A stretch of 32,000 nt of DNA from Aliivibrio fischeri ES114. Lineage in GTDB: Bacteria > Pseudomonadota > Gammaproteobacteria > Enterobacterales > Vibrionaceae. Position 1 is the first letter of the stretch. Every line of letters starts with the position of its first letter. The stretch lies in assembly GCF_000011805.1 (NCBI RefSeq), contig NC_006840.2; one strand, written 5' to 3'. Shown piece by piece: positions 28,530 through 32,000 of this stretch. A model generated the notes under the pieces. That model worked only from the letters and a program-made list of their open reading frames with translations, made no database searches and was not told the origin of the DNA. A program made the translations under genes and the position numbers.

Positions 28530-28642
28530 TTATTTTTAATCGTTTGCCTTTAAATGTCTCAAACAAGAAACATAGTTTTTTTACTGTAAAGCGTTTATTA
28601 TGAGCGCAGTTCCGATTCAACACGCTGTAGAGAAAAGTTGTT

Positions 28643-29845
28643 ATGTACACATATGTTGCTCGTCAACCAATCTTAGACCTAAGTAAAAATACGATTGGTT
28701 ACGAATTATTATTTCGAGACGGTCCAAAAAACACTTTTCCACTTGTTGAAGCAGAAGAAGCAACGAGCCGACTTTTATCCGATCATTTTTTAAGCTCATA
28801 CTGCAATGCAACAAATGATAAATTAGGCTTTGTTAATTTCCCTCAACAAAGCTTATTAAATCTAGTTCCTACGCTTTTTAATCCAGATAACTTAGTAGTT
28901 GAAATACTAGAAGACTGCATTCCAAGCCCTGAATTATTAGTAGCAATTAAACGTCTTGCCAAGCTAGGTTACAAACTTGCTCTTGATGATTTTGAGCCAA
29001 ATCCAGATTGGACTCCTTTTCTACCTTACATTGATATCATCAAGTTTGATATGCGTACAATGCCAATTCTAAAGGCAAAGCTATTCATTCGTCATTGTGA
29101 GAAATACAATATTAAGTTTTTAGCTGAGAAAGTAGAAACTTACGAAGAATTTGAGCAGGCAAAAGAAGCTGGCTTTACTTATTTCCAAGGCTATTTTTTC
29201 AGTAAACCTGAAATGCTTCAGCAACGAGCAATTCAACCAAATCAACTTGCGATTATTCAGTTATACCAAGAGATCTCTGCACCTAGTGTCGATTTCAATA
29301 CCGTAGAAAAATACATCACTCAAGATGTTTCACTTTCTTATAAACTGCTACGATTTGTTAACTCATCTTCTATTATTGACAAGCCAATCACCTCTTTTAA
29401 GCAAGCATTAGTCTATTTGGGTGAAACTAAGCTTCGTCAATTTGTATCATTGGTAGCAGTTGCTCATGCAACTCAACACAAACCACAATCTCTATACACG
29501 TTATCAATCCACCGTGCTAGATTGTGTGAGTTAATCGTAACTAAAACGGATATTGAATTAGAACCAAGCCAAGCTTTTTTAGTTGGACTGTTTTCTTTAC
29601 TTGAGCCTTTACTAGATCAACCGCTTGAAACACTGATTCAGCATTTGCCTATTTCTATTGAAATAAAACAAGCGCTCACTGAACGTAAAGGATTATTAGG
29701 AAAGCTGATATTAGCTATCGAGAGCTATGAAAAAGCAGATTGGAGCGTCGTAGCCGAATGTTGTCGATCTCTAAATATTACAGAAAAAGAATTTACCGCT
29801 TGTTATAAAGAATCTGCCAAATGGGTAGATGAGATAGCAAAATAG
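28643..29845 (+). CDS. EAL plus HDOD two-domain protein (YuxH/COG3434-like putative c-di-GMP phosphodiesterase or sensor)
   Basis: 400 aa. The N-terminal EAL-type domain is RQPILDLSKNTIGYELLFR, with the N of FVNF, EILED, DDF, KFD, AEKVET and FQGYFFSKP. The C-terminal HDOD-like region is VSLSYKLLRFVNSS...ALVYLGETKLRQFV. The canonical DDFGTGYSS loop is replaced by DDFEPNPDWTPF (DDF at 28985-28993). Confidence 0.8.
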   Translation: MYTYVARQPILDLSKNTIGYELLFRDGPKNTFPLVEAEEATSRLLSDHFLSSYCNATNDKLGFVNFPQQSLLNLVPTLFNPDNLVVEILEDCIPSPELLVAIKRLAKLGYKLALDDFEPNPDWTPFLPYIDIIKFDMRTMPILKAKLFIRHCEKYNIKFLAEKVETYEEFEQAKEAGFTYFQGYFFSKPEMLQQRAIQPNQLAIIQLYQEISAPSVDFNTVEKYITQDVSLSYKLLRFVNSSSIIDKPITSFKQALVYLGETKLRQFVSLVAVAHATQHKPQSLYTLSIHRARLCELIVTKTDIELEPSQAFLVGLFSLLEPLLDQPLETLIQHLPISIEIKQALTERKGLLGKLILAIESYEKADWSVVAECCRSLNITEKEFTACYKESAKWVDEIAK

Positions 29846-29857
29846 AGACGTCTGAAT

Positions 29858-30256
29858 ATGTCAAAATCAAATCATTGCCCTTGCGGTACAAAAAAAAATT
29901 ATTCTGTTTGTTGTGAGCCTATTCATAACAATCATTCACTAGCGATAACGCCTGAACTTTTAATGCGTTCTCGTTACAGTGCTCATGTTAAAAAATTAGT
30001 GCAATATATTATTGATACCTACCACCCTTCTTGTAATGCGGAAGAGTTTAGAGAAGGTATTATTGACTCTGTAGAGTTAGATTGGCGTAAACTTAAAGTT
30101 ATCGCTTCTTCATTATCAAAAGAAAATGCTAATGAGGGTTTTGTGACATTTAAAGCGACCTATTCAGAAGATGGCCAACTGCATCAATTAAAAGAATGCT
30201 CTCGCTTTGTCAAAGAAGATGGTAAGTGGTTCTATATTGATGGTGATGTAGAGTAA
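29858..30256 (+). CDS. ychJ: YchJ-family protein (UPF0225; N-terminal SEC-C metal-binding motif plus NTF2-like domain)
   Basis: 132 aa. CPCGTKKNYSVCCEPIH...LMRSRYSAHV...FVKEDGKWFYIDG is collinear with E. coli YchJ. It lacks the second, C-terminal SEC-C motif of the 152-aa E. coli protein. It starts 12 nt after the EAL-HDOD stop. Confidence 0.85.
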   Translation: MSKSNHCPCGTKKNYSVCCEPIHNNHSLAITPELLMRSRYSAHVKKLVQYIIDTYHPSCNAEEFREGIIDSVELDWRKLKVIASSLSKENANEGFVTFKATYSEDGQLHQLKECSRFVKEDGKWFYIDGDVE

Positions 30257-30263
30257 AAGACAT

Positions 30264-30296
30264 AAAAAAAACGAGAGCGCTTGCTCTCGTTTTTTA
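30264..30296. terminator. Bidirectional terminator shared by ychJ (plus) and the NSS transporter gene (minus)
   Basis: AAAAAAAACGAGAGC-gctt-GCTCTCGTTTTTT. Confidence 0.85.
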
Positions 30297-30317
30297 TTTT
30301 CAATACTAATTCTTAAA

Positions 30318-31769
30318 TTAGAATTTTTTCGATATCAGTGCAGCACCTGCAATAATACCTACACCAAGCAGCATAATAGCGCCTTTGCCACTATCAAATC
30401 CTGATGAAATCCCCATAAATGCAACAATTGCGATTGCCACAGGGATGATAAACTTAACTAAAGCATACCATAGACCAAACAATGGGAATTTCACTTCACC
30501 ACCGTTCGTGATCTCATCTTCTAGATCTTCACGTTTCAATCTCCAACCAGCAAAGATACATACCAACATACCGCCAACGGCTAAGAAGATTTTATCTGTT
30601 AACAAGTCAAAAATATCAAAGGCACCAGTATCAAATAATGTTGGTCCAACGCCACCTAAAGATAGAGAAGCAAAGATACATAAAACAGCCATTACCGAAC
30701 TTGCTGTAATCACCGCTTTAACACGTGATAACCCTTTTTCATCAATTAAGTAAGACACAACAACTTCTAATAAAGAAACAGAAGATGTCAGTGCAGCAAC
30801 ACTTAAACCAATAAAGAACATAAGAGCTAAAAGAAGACCGATAATTCCGCCCATTTCAGCAAATAACTGAGGTACCACAACAAATACAAGACCCGGCCCT
30901 GCTGTTGGTGCCATACCAAATGCAAACATTGCAGGGAACATTGCTACACCAGCAAGAATTGCAACGCCTGTATCCATTGCTGTAACCATTGCTGTTGTTT
31001 GTACTAAGTTTTCTTTTTTCTTCAAATAAGAACCGTACGTCATCATACAACCCATACCCAAAGATAATGAAAAGAAAGCTTGGCCTAGAGCAGCCAAAAT
31101 AACGTTACTATCAATTTTTGAAAAATCAGGACTAAATAAAAACTCAAGACCCGCCATTGAACCAGGAAGCATTAACCCTTTTACTGAAACAATAATCAGG
31201 ATAATGAAAAGCAATGGCATTAATATTTTACCTGCTTTCTCAATACCACCAGAAATACCTTTCATTACAATGACGATATTTAAAAATAGATAAAAAGCCA
31301 TCCACATTAACGGTTGAATTGGATCAGAAATAAATCCACCAAAACTATCACCAATTGCTTCTGGAGCGCTTAATAAGCCCGTACCAACTTTAGCAATGTA
31401 AGCAATAGCCCAACCACCTACTACAGGGTAGAAACCCATGATCAATAGACCACTTGTTACACCGATGACACCAGCAAAGGTCCAACGGCGATCTGTAGAT
31501 TTAAAAGCACCTACTGCTGATTTTTGTGTTCGACGACCGATAGCAAACTCAGTCAACATCACACTAAAACCGATAAAAATAACGAAGAACAGATAGATAA
31601 CAACAAATGCACCACCACCATTATCTCCAGCTGTATATGGAAACTTCCAAATATTACCAAGGCCAACAGCTGATCCCGCTGCCGCCATGACAAACCCTAA
31701 CTTTGAACCCCAATTGTCGCGGGGCTTCGTAGAAGCGCTCATACCCACGTTTATCTCCAAACTATCCAT
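30318..31769 (-). CDS. Sodium-dependent transporter, neurotransmitter:sodium symporter (NSS/SNF) family
   Basis: 483 aa. The NSS TM1 signature is WGSKLGFVMAAAGSAVGLGNIWKFPY, with about 11-12 further hydrophobic segments. The exact start is uncertain: the ATG at 31769, or the GTG/ATG 7-9 codons downstream. Confidence 0.88.
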   Translation of the reverse strand: MDSLEINVGMSASTKPRDNWGSKLGFVMAAAGSAVGLGNIWKFPYTAGDNGGGAFVVIYLFFVIFIGFSVMLTEFAIGRRTQKSAVGAFKSTDRRWTFAGVIGVTSGLLIMGFYPVVGGWAIAYIAKVGTGLLSAPEAIGDSFGGFISDPIQPLMWMAFYLFLNIVIVMKGISGGIEKAGKILMPLLFIILIIVSVKGLMLPGSMAGLEFLFSPDFSKIDSNVILAALGQAFFSLSLGMGCMMTYGSYLKKKENLVQTTAMVTAMDTGVAILAGVAMFPAMFAFGMAPTAGPGLVFVVVPQLFAEMGGIIGLLLALMFFIGLSVAALTSSVSLLEVVVSYLIDEKGLSRVKAVITASSVMAVLCIFASLSLGGVGPTLFDTGAFDIFDLLTDKIFLAVGGMLVCIFAGWRLKREDLEDEITNGGEVKFPLFGLWYALVKFIIPVAIAIVAFMGISSGFDSGKGAIMLLGVGIIAGAALISKKF

Positions 31770-31801
31770 GCTGTGTTAATAAATTTACGCCAAAAATGTT
31801 G

Positions 31802-31848
31802 TGTACATATTTTTGTACATTCTAAAAATTGGAATGGCGTACCATCAA
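31802..31848 (-). promoter_or_regulatory. Putative NSS-gene promoter overlapped by an 18-bp TGTACA-N6-TGTACA palindrome (TyrR-box-like)
   Basis: On the minus strand: TTGATG (31848-31843), 18 nt, TAGAAT (31824-31819). This is directly followed by TGTACAaaaataTGTACA (31819-31802), which would cover the expected transcription start. The TyrR box consensus TGTAAA-N6-TTTACA is matched at 10 of 12 symmetric positions. Confidence 0.35.
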
Positions 31849-32000
31849 TTGCAAGTAAAACAGTTTAAGAATAAAATTGGAACCCCAGAGTTGCATTTTT
31901 TTAACATATGACACCTTTTTGTGTCCTATATGTTTACAATTTCATCAATAATTTTTATTTTGTAAATTTTTGCATTCCTATCTACTCTTTTCTTATCACT

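Overview
This is an AT-rich gammaproteobacterial window that looks like Vibrionaceae core chromosome. That is my inference from protein similarity to E. coli orthologues and from gene order; I ran no search.

Gene content, left to right:
- The 5' part of an RND efflux pump gene and its adaptor gene (minus strand).
- Five identical tandem tRNA-Tyr(GTA) genes, driven by a stringent-type promoter and closed by one terminator.
- A small Cys-rich ORF, then xthA and grxB.
- A 4-gene basic-amino-acid ABC importer in artPIQM order (minus strand).
- A 615-bp AT-rich control region.
- An uncharacterised 502-aa polytopic membrane protein gene followed by pflB and pflA, then roxA/ycfD.
- oppABCDF (minus strand).
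- A 606-bp AT-rich divergent region.
- An 845-848-aa GH18 chitinase.
- tdk and cysS (minus strand).
- ppiB, lpxH, an EAL-HDOD gene and ychJ (plus strand).
- An NSS-family sodium symporter (minus strand).

I found no integrase, transposase, CRISPR array, toxin-antitoxin pair or defence-type gene. The window reads as conserved housekeeping DNA, not an accessory island.

The best lead for something undescribed is the large non-FNT membrane protein in the position focA holds in enterobacterial pfl operons. It has an FNR-like box upstream, and its codon usage matches that of pflB. Secondary leads:
- An untracked 40-codon hydrophobic ORF.
- Motif pairs with 20-bp periodicity around oppA/chiA and upstream of pflB.
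- Interleaved convergent terminators between roxA and oppF.
- An EAL-HDOD/YchJ gene pair.
- A TyrR-box-like palindrome at the NSS transporter promoter.

I corrected several start codons in the ORF track, because the longest ORFs run into terminators or neighbouring genes.
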